A stretch of 64,000 bases of DNA from Vicinamibacterales bacterium (GTDB lineage Bacteria; Acidobacteriota; Vicinamibacteria; Vicinamibacterales; 2-12-FULL-66-21). The stretch is taken from assembly GCA_035463475.1 (NCBI GenBank), contig DATHTE010000133.1, forward strand, positions 97,297-161,296. Direction: 5' to 3'. Made by a program: the position numbers and the translations under genes. A model generated the notes under the pieces. The model saw nothing but the letters and a program-made list of their open reading frames with translations. It was not told the DNA's origin and did not search any database. Below, in pieces: positions 20,399-27,832 of the stretch (position 1 is its first letter; the number at the start of each line of letters is the position of its first letter).

Positions 20399-21096
20399 TC
20401 GCCCTGGATGTCGACTCGGCATCGCGGGCGCGGGAGCTGGCGGACGCGCTCCGGGGCACGGTGGGCGCGTTCAAGATCGGCAGCCGGCTGTTCACCGCAG
20501 AGGGGCCGCGGTTCGTGCGGGAGCTCGCGGAACGCGGCGACCGTGTGTTTCTCGACCTCAAGTTCCACGACATCCCGAACACGGTTGCGGGGGCCGTCGA
20601 TGCCGCGACGCGGCTGGGCGTGTGGATGGTCAACGTGCACGCGGCCGGCGGCCGCGACATGATGCGCGCGGCGAGGGAGGCGGCGGCGCGCGCCGCCGCG
20701 CACACCGGCGTCCCGCGGCCGCTCGTGATCGCGGTCACGGTGCTGACGAGCCTGTCGCGCGAGGACCTGGAGGAAACCGGCATTCCGCGGGAGCCGATCG
20801 CGCAGGTCGAGGCGCTGGCGCGGCTCACGAAGGCATCGGGGCTCGACGGGGTCGTCGCGTCGCCGCTGGAGACGGCGGCGGTGCGGGCCGCGTGCGGCCC
20901 GTCGTTCGCGATTGTCACGCCGGGCATCCGCGGGGCGTCGGACGCGCCGGGAGATCAGGCGCGCACGATGGCGCCGCGCGAGGCGGTCGAGGCCGGCGCG
21001 AGCTACCTCGTTGTCGGCAGGCCGATCATCGCCGCGCCGGACCCCTTGCGGGCCGCACGCGACATGGCGCGGGAACTGGGGCGAGCGGAGATGTGA
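20383..21096 (+). CDS. pyrF: orotidine 5'-phosphate decarboxylase
   Basis: End of the 578-aa track ORF; start at in-frame GTG 20383 ([10 protein letters not shown]); [13 protein letters not shown] motif; overlaps pyrD stop. Confidence 0.88.
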   Translation: MDQLIVALDVDSASRARELADALRGTVGAFKIGSRLFTAEGPRFVRELAERGDRVFLDLKFHDIPNTVAGAVDAATRLGVWMVNVHAAGGRDMMRAAREAAARAAAHTGVPRPLVIAVTVLTSLSREDLEETGIPREPIAQVEALARLTKASGLDGVVASPLETAAVRAACGPSFAIVTPGIRGASDAPGDQARTMAPREAVEAGASYLVVGRPIIAAPDPLRAARDMARELGRAEM

Positions 21097-21126
21097 GGAC
21101 GCCGTCACATCTCCGCAGCGGGAACG

Positions 21127-21702
21127 TTACTTGGCCGTGAAGATGAAGTGGCCGCGGCGGTTCTGGGACCAGCAGCTCTCGTTCTCTTCTTGGCAGAATG
21201 GCTGCTCTTCCCCCTTGCTGACGACCTGGACCCGATCGTTGGGCACGCCAAGGCTGACGAGATAGTCGCGCGTCGCATCGGCGCGGCGCTCGCCCAGCGC
21301 GAGGTTGTACTCGTTCGTGCCGCGCGAGTCGCAGTGCCCCTCGATCAGGATGCGCGTGCTCGCCCACCGCTTCAGCCACGCGGAGTTCTTGTCGAGGCTC
21401 GCGCGCGCCTCCTCGCCGAGCGCCGCGCTGTCGTACTCGAAGAACACGTCCGCGAGCGGCTTCTCCGCGTTGAGTTCGTCGAGCGTCTTCTTCGCGAAGA
21501 TCTCCTCCTCGCTGAGTGGCTTTGGCGCCGGCGGTGGTGGCGGTGGCGGTGGTGGCGGAGGCGGCGGTGGCGGAGCGGGCTCCGCGGGCGGTGGCGGTGG
21601 CGGCGGTGCCGTCTCCGGCTGCTTCTTGCCGCAGCCGATCGCAGCGATAAGCGCGCAGCAAAGCGTGAGGGTGGATAGAATTCGCAGCGTTCTTTCCATC
21701 AT
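21127..21702 (-). CDS. pal: peptidoglycan-associated lipoprotein (OmpA-family, Pal) with long poly-proline linker
   Basis: Start at ATG ATG 21702 (MMERTLRILSTLTLCCALIAAIGCG lipobox); about 30-residue Pro-rich tract; OmpA-like domain with GHCDSRGTNEYNLALGERRA. Confidence 0.88.
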   Translation of the reverse strand: MMERTLRILSTLTLCCALIAAIGCGKKQPETAPPPPPPPAEPAPPPPPPPPPPPPPPPAPKPLSEEEIFAKKTLDELNAEKPLADVFFEYDSAALGEEARASLDKNSAWLKRWASTRILIEGHCDSRGTNEYNLALGERRADATRDYLVSLGVPNDRVQVVSKGEEQPFCQEENESCWSQNRRGHFIFTAK

Positions 21703-21739
21703 GGCGCTGAGCTTAACGACTCGATAGGGGCGTGTCAAT

Positions 21740-22510
21740 TTGGATCGGCTCCTGGAAGCGACCGCGCGTGCCGAGCAGCAGCACTTCTGGTGGCGCGGGT
21801 TCCGCGCGTTCGTTCGCCCGGCGCTCGAGCGCGCCGCCGCCGGCCGCCGTGTGCGGATCCTGGACTGCGGGTGCGGGACGGGCGCGAACCTTCCGCTGCT
21901 GCGGCAGTTCGGGACGGCGACCGGCATCGACCTCACCTGGTCCGGCCTGTCGTTCGCGCGCGCGCGCGGGGAACGCCGCGTGGCGCAGGCACGCGCCGAC
22001 GCGCTGCCGTTCGCGGACGGGACCTTCGACCTGGTGACCTCCTTCGACATGCTGCAGTGCCTGCCCGATCCCGTCGAGCGGGCGGCGCTCGCCGAGATGC
22101 GACGCGTCCTCGGCCCGGGCGGGCACCTCGTGGTCAACGTCGCCGCGCTCGATCTGCTCTGGGGCAACCACTCCATCCTCGCGCGCGAGGTGCGGCGCTA
22201 CACGAAGCAGCAGCTGAGCGACCGGCTCGAGGCGGCCGGGTTCGCGCCGCTGCGCGTCACGTACACGAACGCCGTCCTCTTCCCGATTCTCGCGCCGCTG
22301 CGTCTGGCGCAGCGTGCGATGGGCCTGGCGACGTCGGACCTCGACGAGAAGGCGCAGCAGGAGGTCGGGATTCCGCCCGCCCCGGTCAACGCGGCGCTCA
22401 CCGCGTTGCTGCGCCTCGAGAGCGCGGCGCTTCGCCTCGTCAACATGCCGGTCGGGAGCTCGCTGCTCGGGATCGCGACCGTGGGGTCAGGTCTGGAACG
22501 CCCCGTTTAA
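21740..22510 (+). CDS. class I SAM-dependent methyltransferase
   Basis: 256 aa; RILDCGCGTGANL motif I; substrate unknown. Confidence 0.75.
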   Translation: MDRLLEATARAEQQHFWWRGFRAFVRPALERAAAGRRVRILDCGCGTGANLPLLRQFGTATGIDLTWSGLSFARARGERRVAQARADALPFADGTFDLVTSFDMLQCLPDPVERAALAEMRRVLGPGGHLVVNVAALDLLWGNHSILAREVRRYTKQQLSDRLEAAGFAPLRVTYTNAVLFPILAPLRLAQRAMGLATSDLDEKAQQEVGIPPAPVNAALTALLRLESAALRLVNMPVGSSLLGIATVGSGLERPV

Positions 22511-22583
22511 CGGACAGGAGTGACAGCGCGGCACTGCGCGTGTCGCTCCTGTTGGTTAAACGAGGCGTTCCAGACCTGACCCC
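22483..22583. repeat. about 100-nt near-perfect palindrome (outer arms 20/20 bp) acting as a probable bidirectional terminator
   Basis: ggggtcaggtctggaacgcc (22483-22502) is the exact reverse complement of ggcgttccagacctgacccc (22564-22583); inner segments cgtttaac/gttaaacg and gacaggag/ctcctgtt also pair; both convergent genes stop inside it. Confidence 0.85.
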
Positions 22584-23946
22584 ACGACCTGGCGAACACG
22601 TACAACGGCGGGGTGGTCAAGAGCTGGTGCGACGGGCTCGCCCGCAGCCTGTCGATTCGGGCGCGGACCCCTTCCGACCCGAGTGGCCACAGGTCGCCCA
22701 CTTCGCAGAGCACCACGTAGTCCGGATCCACCGCTGGGAGCAGCTCCCGGCCTGCCGCCTGGAGCCCCGTCCGATGCGGCAGGTGCGGGATCAGATTCGG
22801 TTGCGCCAGCACGAGACCCGGCCCGAGCGCGGGCAGGTTGCGGCGTACCTCCAGTCCAGCGCGCAGGTCGCGCCAAGGTCGGCGGGCGAACGTCAGCCAC
22901 AGCGGCGAGTCCACGACCGTCCACATCGTGAGCGCAAGAGCTGCAGGGGCGATGAAGCGCGGCCGCCGGGCAGCCAGCTTCGCGGCGCCGAAGACCGCCG
23001 CCACGAAAAGCCACGGGAGCACGGCCCAGAAGTAGTGGCCGAGCACAGCCGCCTGCAGTGTGTCCGATCGCGCGGCGAAGTTCAGGGCAAGCCCGGGGAC
23101 GACGACGGCGAGCCACGCGGGGGCCAGCCAGCACAGGAACGCCGTCGTCGCCGTGAGCGTGGCGATCCGGCCGAGCGAGGTGACAGAGAGGATCCGGCGC
23201 GCGGCGTCGAGGAGCGTTTCGCCAGACCCGCCCAGACGCGCTTCGATGAAGGGATTGGCGGCGCCCAGGCCATCGCGCACGCGGGCGGCCGGGATCGCCA
23301 CCTGCACCGCCACCACGAGCCATACGGCTGACACCACGACCAGCGTCAGACCGCGCCTTCGATTCCCCGTCAGCGCGAGCAGGATCCCGAATGCCGCCAG
23401 GTAGAGCGGCATGTCTTCCTTGCATCCGAGGGCAAGCACCGCCAGCGTCCAGAATACCCAGGACGAGCGTTTCGTGAGCGACACGTAGATCAGTCCCAGC
23501 ACGAGCGCAGGCTCCAGGCTCTCAACGTAGAAGTAGCTGGTCACGGCGCTGTGCGACCGGCGTGAGAAGAGGAACGCGAACAGCAGCGCGAGCCGCATCG
23601 CCCGCGGCACTTCGCGATCTGCGAGCAGGAACAGCAGCACGGCCGCGACTGCCGTCGCCAGCAGTTGCACGGCAATCAGCAGTTCAGGCCGCGGCGCAAC
23701 GACATACACGGGAAGCAGGGCCAGCAGCGTCGGCATGAAATGGTGCGACCAGAGGGTGTGGCCCATGAACGGCACCGCCCCGGCGCTACCTTGCGTGGCG
23801 CTCCACAATGCGTAATCGAACACTGACAGATCGAACGCGTTCGTTTTCAGGCTGTAATGCGCGATGAACGCGAGCGGGACGTAGATCGCGCTCCATGCGC
23901 CGATCACGATCGCCAGCTCGCGCCGGACGGTCCACGGGGCAGTCAT
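22507..23946 (-). CDS. DUF2079-like polytopic membrane protein
   Basis: 479 aa, many TM helices; N-terminal NAFDLSVFDYALWS motif recalled from DUF2079; start overlaps the upstream gene stop (ATGA). Confidence 0.6.
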   Translation of the reverse strand: MTAPWTVRRELAIVIGAWSAIYVPLAFIAHYSLKTNAFDLSVFDYALWSATQGSAGAVPFMGHTLWSHHFMPTLLALLPVYVVAPRPELLIAVQLLATAVAAVLLFLLADREVPRAMRLALLFAFLFSRRSHSAVTSYFYVESLEPALVLGLIYVSLTKRSSWVFWTLAVLALGCKEDMPLYLAAFGILLALTGNRRRGLTLVVVSAVWLVVAVQVAIPAARVRDGLGAANPFIEARLGGSGETLLDAARRILSVTSLGRIATLTATTAFLCWLAPAWLAVVVPGLALNFAARSDTLQAAVLGHYFWAVLPWLFVAAVFGAAKLAARRPRFIAPAALALTMWTVVDSPLWLTFARRPWRDLRAGLEVRRNLPALGPGLVLAQPNLIPHLPHRTGLQAAGRELLPAVDPDYVVLCEVGDLWPLGSEGVRARIDRLRASPSHQLLTTPPLYVFARSWGQVWNASFNQQERHAQCRAVTPVR

Positions 23947-25880
23947 TCCGAGGTCGACAGCGACGTGGCGTACACGACCTTGGTTCCTGCTGCCGTCACG
24001 CGTGTGAGCGGCAGCGTCCGGACGAAATCCAGCAACGGCGCCGGCGACAGGGACTCATCCACGACGACATACCCGATCGTCGAACGCTGAACGAGCGCCG
24101 TCCACTCGGCGTCGAGTCCCTGCAGTCGGACCTGCGGCAGCACCCGTCCCTCGGACAGGCTGGTGAAAACCTCGAGGACGGGGTCGGCGAGCACCCGCCG
24201 GTACACCTGGCGTGGCACCCTGGAGATGTAGCCGTTCATCAGCCGTTTCTCGTGCACGGTCTGAGACACCAGTATCCCGGTGTCCATGCGGCCGATCCCA
24301 CCCGTTCCGTCCCGCATCCCGAAGGGCACTTCCAGGACCGTGACGTCGCGCGGATCAGCCCTGACGGCGGCATAGACAGGCGACACCTCCGCGCTTGCGA
24401 GGGGGCGCGGGACGGGGAGCAGCTCGAACGCGAGTGCCGCGGCCGCGACGCCCACGGCGAGCCCGCGCCGGCCCACTCGGTCCAGCGCCCACGCGAACAG
24501 CACGGACACGCCAATCAGCATCGGGATCGCGAAGCGCGTGGGCGATCGGGCGGCGCCAAGGATGGGAACGTACCGCAGGAAGGCCCAGGGGGCTGGCACA
24601 TGGGTGTTCACCTGCGCGACGGTGACGAAGGGCCCGAGCGCAAGCAAGGCAAAGCAGACGGTCGCGATCACGAACACCGTCGGCGGCCGCAGCCTCCGGA
24701 AGCACGCGAGCGCGATCACGACAATGGCCACCCACGGCACCGAGACGACGTTCTCCGGCAGCGCGTCGGGGCGCGTCGTCAGGAAGTCGCGAATCGCGGC
24801 CGGCGCAAGCGGATGGAACGGATTGGGCAGGAAGAACGCCAGCAGGTCGGCGCCGGCCGGACTGCTCCGCCAGTACACCGTCTCCTGCAGGCGCCCTCCG
24901 GCCTGCAGCCTGCCCGCCGCCGCGACGAGAAGCGGTGAGAGAAAGAGGGCGCAGGCGAACACGCCCGCGCCGAGCTGCACGAGCGGGAGGCGATCCGCCG
25001 GTCGCTCGAGGACGAGCCTCCCGCGGCGACCGAGCGCGAGCCACCCCCGGATCGCCGCGAGAACCGTCAGGACCAGCACCGGCGTGTAGAGGGACCGCAG
25101 GCCGATCGTCCGGCCGAAAAGCGCGACCTCTGTGCCGCCGGTCAGGACGATGAAGACGATCACCGCAGCCACCAACACAGCGGGGACAGTCACCATCAGT
25201 CCCAGGTATCGGAGCGACGGTGACTGTCCCCGTTTCTCCCACCGGAGCAGACGCGCGGCCAGCACGCAGCCGAGCAGCGGCACGCAGTACAGGCCGTAAT
25301 AGGCGTCGCAGATGGCGGCCCACGCGGCGCACACACCGGCGAGGACGGCGTCGCCCAGCGAACGCCGGTCCGCCGTGCGCAGCACGAACCAGAGAAAGAA
25401 CGCGAGCGGCGCCGCGGCAACGAGACTCTGGTGCGCCGTGCTCCTCGCGATCATCGTGGGCGAGCAGGCGAACAGCGCGCCCGCGAGCCACGCCACCGCG
25501 TCGCGGTCCGTGACCCGGCGGGCGAGCAGGAACACGCCGAACCCGGACAGCGCCTGCATGAAGAGCCAGGTCACGTTGAACGCCGCGACCAGGCCGAAGG
25601 CAGGGACCAGCGGCAGCGCGATCACGTCCTGGAAGATCGTGTAGTTATGCAGCGCGAGGTCGACCCGCCGCCCGCCAGCGAACACGTGGTCCGTCGAGAG
25701 CGGCGAGACGCCGTGCCCGATCAGCTCGTGGCGGAACACCCACAGGTTCCAGACGTACACGCCGGTGTCGCCGGAGGGATGACCGGGAAGCGTCGCGCGC
25801 AGCTGGCCGGTGAGCGGCCAGGCCGCGGCGAGCACGAGCAGCGCGTACGCGCCGAACGCGAGCGCGGCTCGTCGAACCAC
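23943..25880 (-). CDS. large polytopic membrane protein of unknown function (possibly GT-C-like)
   Basis: Start set at GTG 25880, 2 nt after the larE-like stop (VVRRAALAFGAYALLVLAAAW); about 645 aa with a hydrophobic N-terminal two-thirds and soluble C-terminus; upstream part of the 885-aa track ORF overlaps the larE-like gene. Confidence 0.55.
   Translation of the reverse strand: MVRRAALAFGAYALLVLAAAWPLTGQLRATLPGHPSGDTGVYVWNLWVFRHELIGHGVSPLSTDHVFAGGRRVDLALHNYTIFQDVIALPLVPAFGLVAAFNVTWLFMQALSGFGVFLLARRVTDRDAVAWLAGALFACSPTMIARSTAHQSLVAAAPLAFFLWFVLRTADRRSLGDAVLAGVCAAWAAICDAYYGLYCVPLLGCVLAARLLRWEKRGQSPSLRYLGLMVTVPAVLVAAVIVFIVLTGGTEVALFGRTIGLRSLYTPVLVLTVLAAIRGWLALGRRGRLVLERPADRLPLVQLGAGVFACALFLSPLLVAAAGRLQAGGRLQETVYWRSSPAGADLLAFFLPNPFHPLAPAAIRDFLTTRPDALPENVVSVPWVAIVVIALACFRRLRPPTVFVIATVCFALLALGPFVTVAQVNTHVPAPWAFLRYVPILGAARSPTRFAIPMLIGVSVLFAWALDRVGRRGLAVGVAAAALAFELLPVPRPLASAEVSPVYAAVRADPRDVTVLEVPFGMRDGTGGIGRMDTGILVSQTVHEKRLMNGYISRVPRQVYRRVLADPVLEVFTSLSEGRVLPQVRLQGLDAEWTALVQRSTIGYVVVDESLSPAPLLDFVRTLPLTRVTAAGTKVVYATSLSTSE
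25181..25232. repeat. 14-bp perfect inverted repeat (cggggacagtcacc / ggtgactgtccccg) with 24-nt spacer, inside a CDS
   Basis: Read directly; encodes the hydrophilic segment ..EKRGQSPSLRYLGLMVTVP.. of the membrane protein; shares the 11-mer GGACAGTCACC with the terminator hairpin at 27778-27823. Confidence 0.85.
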
Positions 25881-25882
25881 GT

Positions 25883-26749
25883 TCAGAGGGCTTTCAGGCG
25901 TAATCCTTCGTTCAGGCTGCCGGTGCGGTAGCCGCGCAGGTCGAGCGTGACCTGTTCGTACCCGATTTCGCGCAGGTCGTGCCAGATGCGTTCGCGCATG
26001 TACGGATCGACGGCGCGCGGCAGCTCGTCGAGGCCAATCTCGAGCCGCGCCATGCTGTCGTGGTGCCGCACCCGGCAGACGCGGAAGCCCAGGTCCCGCA
26101 GGACCGCCTCCGCGCGCTCGATCATCCTGAGCTTCTCTTCCGTCACCTCGCTGAAGTGCGGAATGCGGGACGAGAGGCAGGCGGACGCGGGCTCGTCCCA
26201 CGTCGGCAGGCCGCGCAACCGCGAGAGCTCGCGGATCTCTTCCTTGCCGAGATCGACATCGTCGAGGGGGCTGCGCACGCCGAACTCGCGCGCCGCGGCG
26301 CGCCCGGGGCGGTAGTCGCCGCGGTCGTCGGCGTTGCTTCCGTCTACGACGACGGCGATGCCGCGCGCGCGCGCGGCGGCCGTGAGGTGCGTGTACAGCT
26401 CGTGCTTGCAGTAGTAGCAGCGATCGCCGGCGTTCGCGCGGTACTCCGGCCGCGCCATCTCGTCGGTCTGGATGAACTCGTGGCGCAACCCGAACTGGCG
26501 CGCCACGCGCAGCGCGATCTGGCGGTGACGATCGGGATAGCTGGGGCTCTCGGCGGTGATGCAGAGCGCGCGATCGCCGAGCACGTCGGTGGCCATGCAC
26601 GCGAGGTACGCGCTGTCGACGCCTCCGCTGAATGCGACGATCACCGACCCGTACTCGCGCAGCACGCCGGCGAGGACCTGCTGCTTATGCTGGACGGCCG
26701 GCGCCACGCGCTCCGGCGCCGCGGCCGTCGCGTGGTTCATTCTTCCCAA
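25883..26749 (-). CDS. LarE-like PP-loop ATP pyrophosphatase (TIGR00268 family)
   Basis: 288 aa; SGGVDS PP-loop, CYYCK (CxxC) and SACLSSRIP Cys motif as in LarE-type sulfur transferases; no larB/larC in the window. Confidence 0.75.
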   Translation of the reverse strand: MGRMNHATAAAPERVAPAVQHKQQVLAGVLREYGSVIVAFSGGVDSAYLACMATDVLGDRALCITAESPSYPDRHRQIALRVARQFGLRHEFIQTDEMARPEYRANAGDRCYYCKHELYTHLTAAARARGIAVVVDGSNADDRGDYRPGRAAAREFGVRSPLDDVDLGKEEIRELSRLRGLPTWDEPASACLSSRIPHFSEVTEEKLRMIERAEAVLRDLGFRVCRVRHHDSMARLEIGLDELPRAVDPYMRERIWHDLREIGYEQVTLDLRGYRTGSLNEGLRLKAL

Positions 26750-26988
26750 TCTCCTTCTTCTTCTTCGTCGTCGTCGCCGAGGTCGTCGTCCTCGTCGAAG
26801 TCCGCTTCCTCGTCGTCCTCTTCTTCCTCGTCGTCCTCTTCGTCGTCGCCCGCGAGCTCCAGCTCGAGAGGATCAACGCCCGTCACGACGAAACTCTCGC
26901 CGCACTCGGCGCAATCGACCTGGTCGCCTTCCTCGACATCCGTTTCGTCGATGTCGAGTTCGGCGTCACATTCCGGACACGTGGCCAT
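26737..26988 (-). CDS. LysW-like zinc-ribbon protein with extended poly-acidic C-terminal tail
   Basis: Start ATG 26988; MATCPECDAELDIDETDVEEGDQVDCAECGESFVVTGVDPLELE has the CPxC...CxxC ribbon and the PLxLE segment; tail DDEEDDEEEEDDEEADFDEDDDLGDDDEEEEGDWEE ends in a DW-E-E motif like the LysW EDWGE terminus; overlaps the larE-like start by 13 nt. Confidence 0.7.
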   Translation of the reverse strand: MATCPECDAELDIDETDVEEGDQVDCAECGESFVVTGVDPLELELAGDDEEDDEEEEDDEEADFDEDDDLGDDDEEEEGDWEE

Positions 26989-27063
26989 AGTCGCTCCTGG
27001 CGCCGCGCGCCTGCGCGGAGAGTTCGGATTATAGACAGAACCTGATACATTCTGCAATGCAAC

Positions 27064-27768
27064 GTGACCGCGAAAACCGTGCTGATTGCTGATGATACGG
27101 CGTTCGTTCGCGACCGGTTCGCGAATGCGCTGCTGTCCGCCGGCCACCACGCCCTGACGGTGAAGAGCGCGGCGGAACTGCTGGCGCGCGTGCGCGCGGA
27201 CCGCGAGCGGCTCGATCTGCTGCTCGTCGATTTGCGGCTCCCGCACGCGGGCGGCGTCGAGCTGATCCGGTCGATTCGGAAGCTGGATGAAGGGCGCCTC
27301 GCGATCCTGGTGTTCAGCGGCACGATCGGCAACGCCGAGGAGGTGCGCACGCTGGCGTCGCTCGGCGTCGCGGGGTACATCAACGAATACAGCGCGGTGC
27401 AGCACATTCTGCCGTCGCTCGCGCCGCACCTGTTTCCCGACAACTTCAATCGTCGCGGCAGTCCGCGCGTGGTGCTGGGAATCCCGGTAGCGTACCGCTT
27501 CGGCACCACGATCGCCGCGGCGCTCACGCTGAACCTGAGTAAGGGAGGGCTCGGCGTGCGCACGATGAGCCCCCTTGACGCCGGCATGAAGGTGCGCGCG
27601 CGCTTCCGGCTGCCCGGATCGAAGCGCGACATCGAGGCCGAGTCGCGCGTCGCGTGGAGCGATCGCCGCGTGGGAATGGGCTTCCAGTTCGAGAAGGTCT
27701 CCCCCGACGACCAGGCCGCGATCGACGCCTTCGTGGATCAGCATTTCTTCTCGAACAGGCGGAGCTGA
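27064..27768 (+). CDS. response-regulator receiver domain fused to a PilZ (c-di-GMP-binding) domain
   Basis: 234 aa, GTG start; REC domain with LLLVDLRLP acceptor Asp; C-terminal RRGSPR (RxxxR) and NLSKGG (D/NxSxxG) PilZ motifs. Confidence 0.8.
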   Translation: MTAKTVLIADDTAFVRDRFANALLSAGHHALTVKSAAELLARVRADRERLDLLLVDLRLPHAGGVELIRSIRKLDEGRLAILVFSGTIGNAEEVRTLASLGVAGYINEYSAVQHILPSLAPHLFPDNFNRRGSPRVVLGIPVAYRFGTTIAAALTLNLSKGGLGVRTMSPLDAGMKVRARFRLPGSKRDIEAESRVAWSDRRVGMGFQFEKVSPDDQAAIDAFVDQHFFSNRRS

Positions 27769-27777
27769 CGGAAACGA

Positions 27778-27823
27778 GGACAGTCACCAATTGTCCTCTT
27801 CTTGGGACAATTGGTGACTGTCC
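27778..27823. terminator. bidirectional hairpin terminator (19-bp perfect stem)
   Basis: ggacagtcaccaattgtcc (27778-27796) / ggacaattggtgactgtcc (27805-27823), 8-nt loop; lies between convergent stops at 27768 and 27833. Confidence 0.8.
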
Positions 27824-27832
27824 CCGTGCGTT

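Noticed and set aside
21530-21610. GGC/GGT-rich simple repeat on the plus strand, possibly a G-quadruplex or microsatellite
   Set aside because: Fully explained as the CCN codons of the Pal poly-proline linker on the minus strand.
26740-26880. GAA/GAC/GTC-rich low-complexity tract with overlapping small ORFs in several frames
   Set aside because: Explained by the poly-Asp/Glu tail of the LysW-like protein. The other-frame ORFs (for example 26685-26876) are artefacts.
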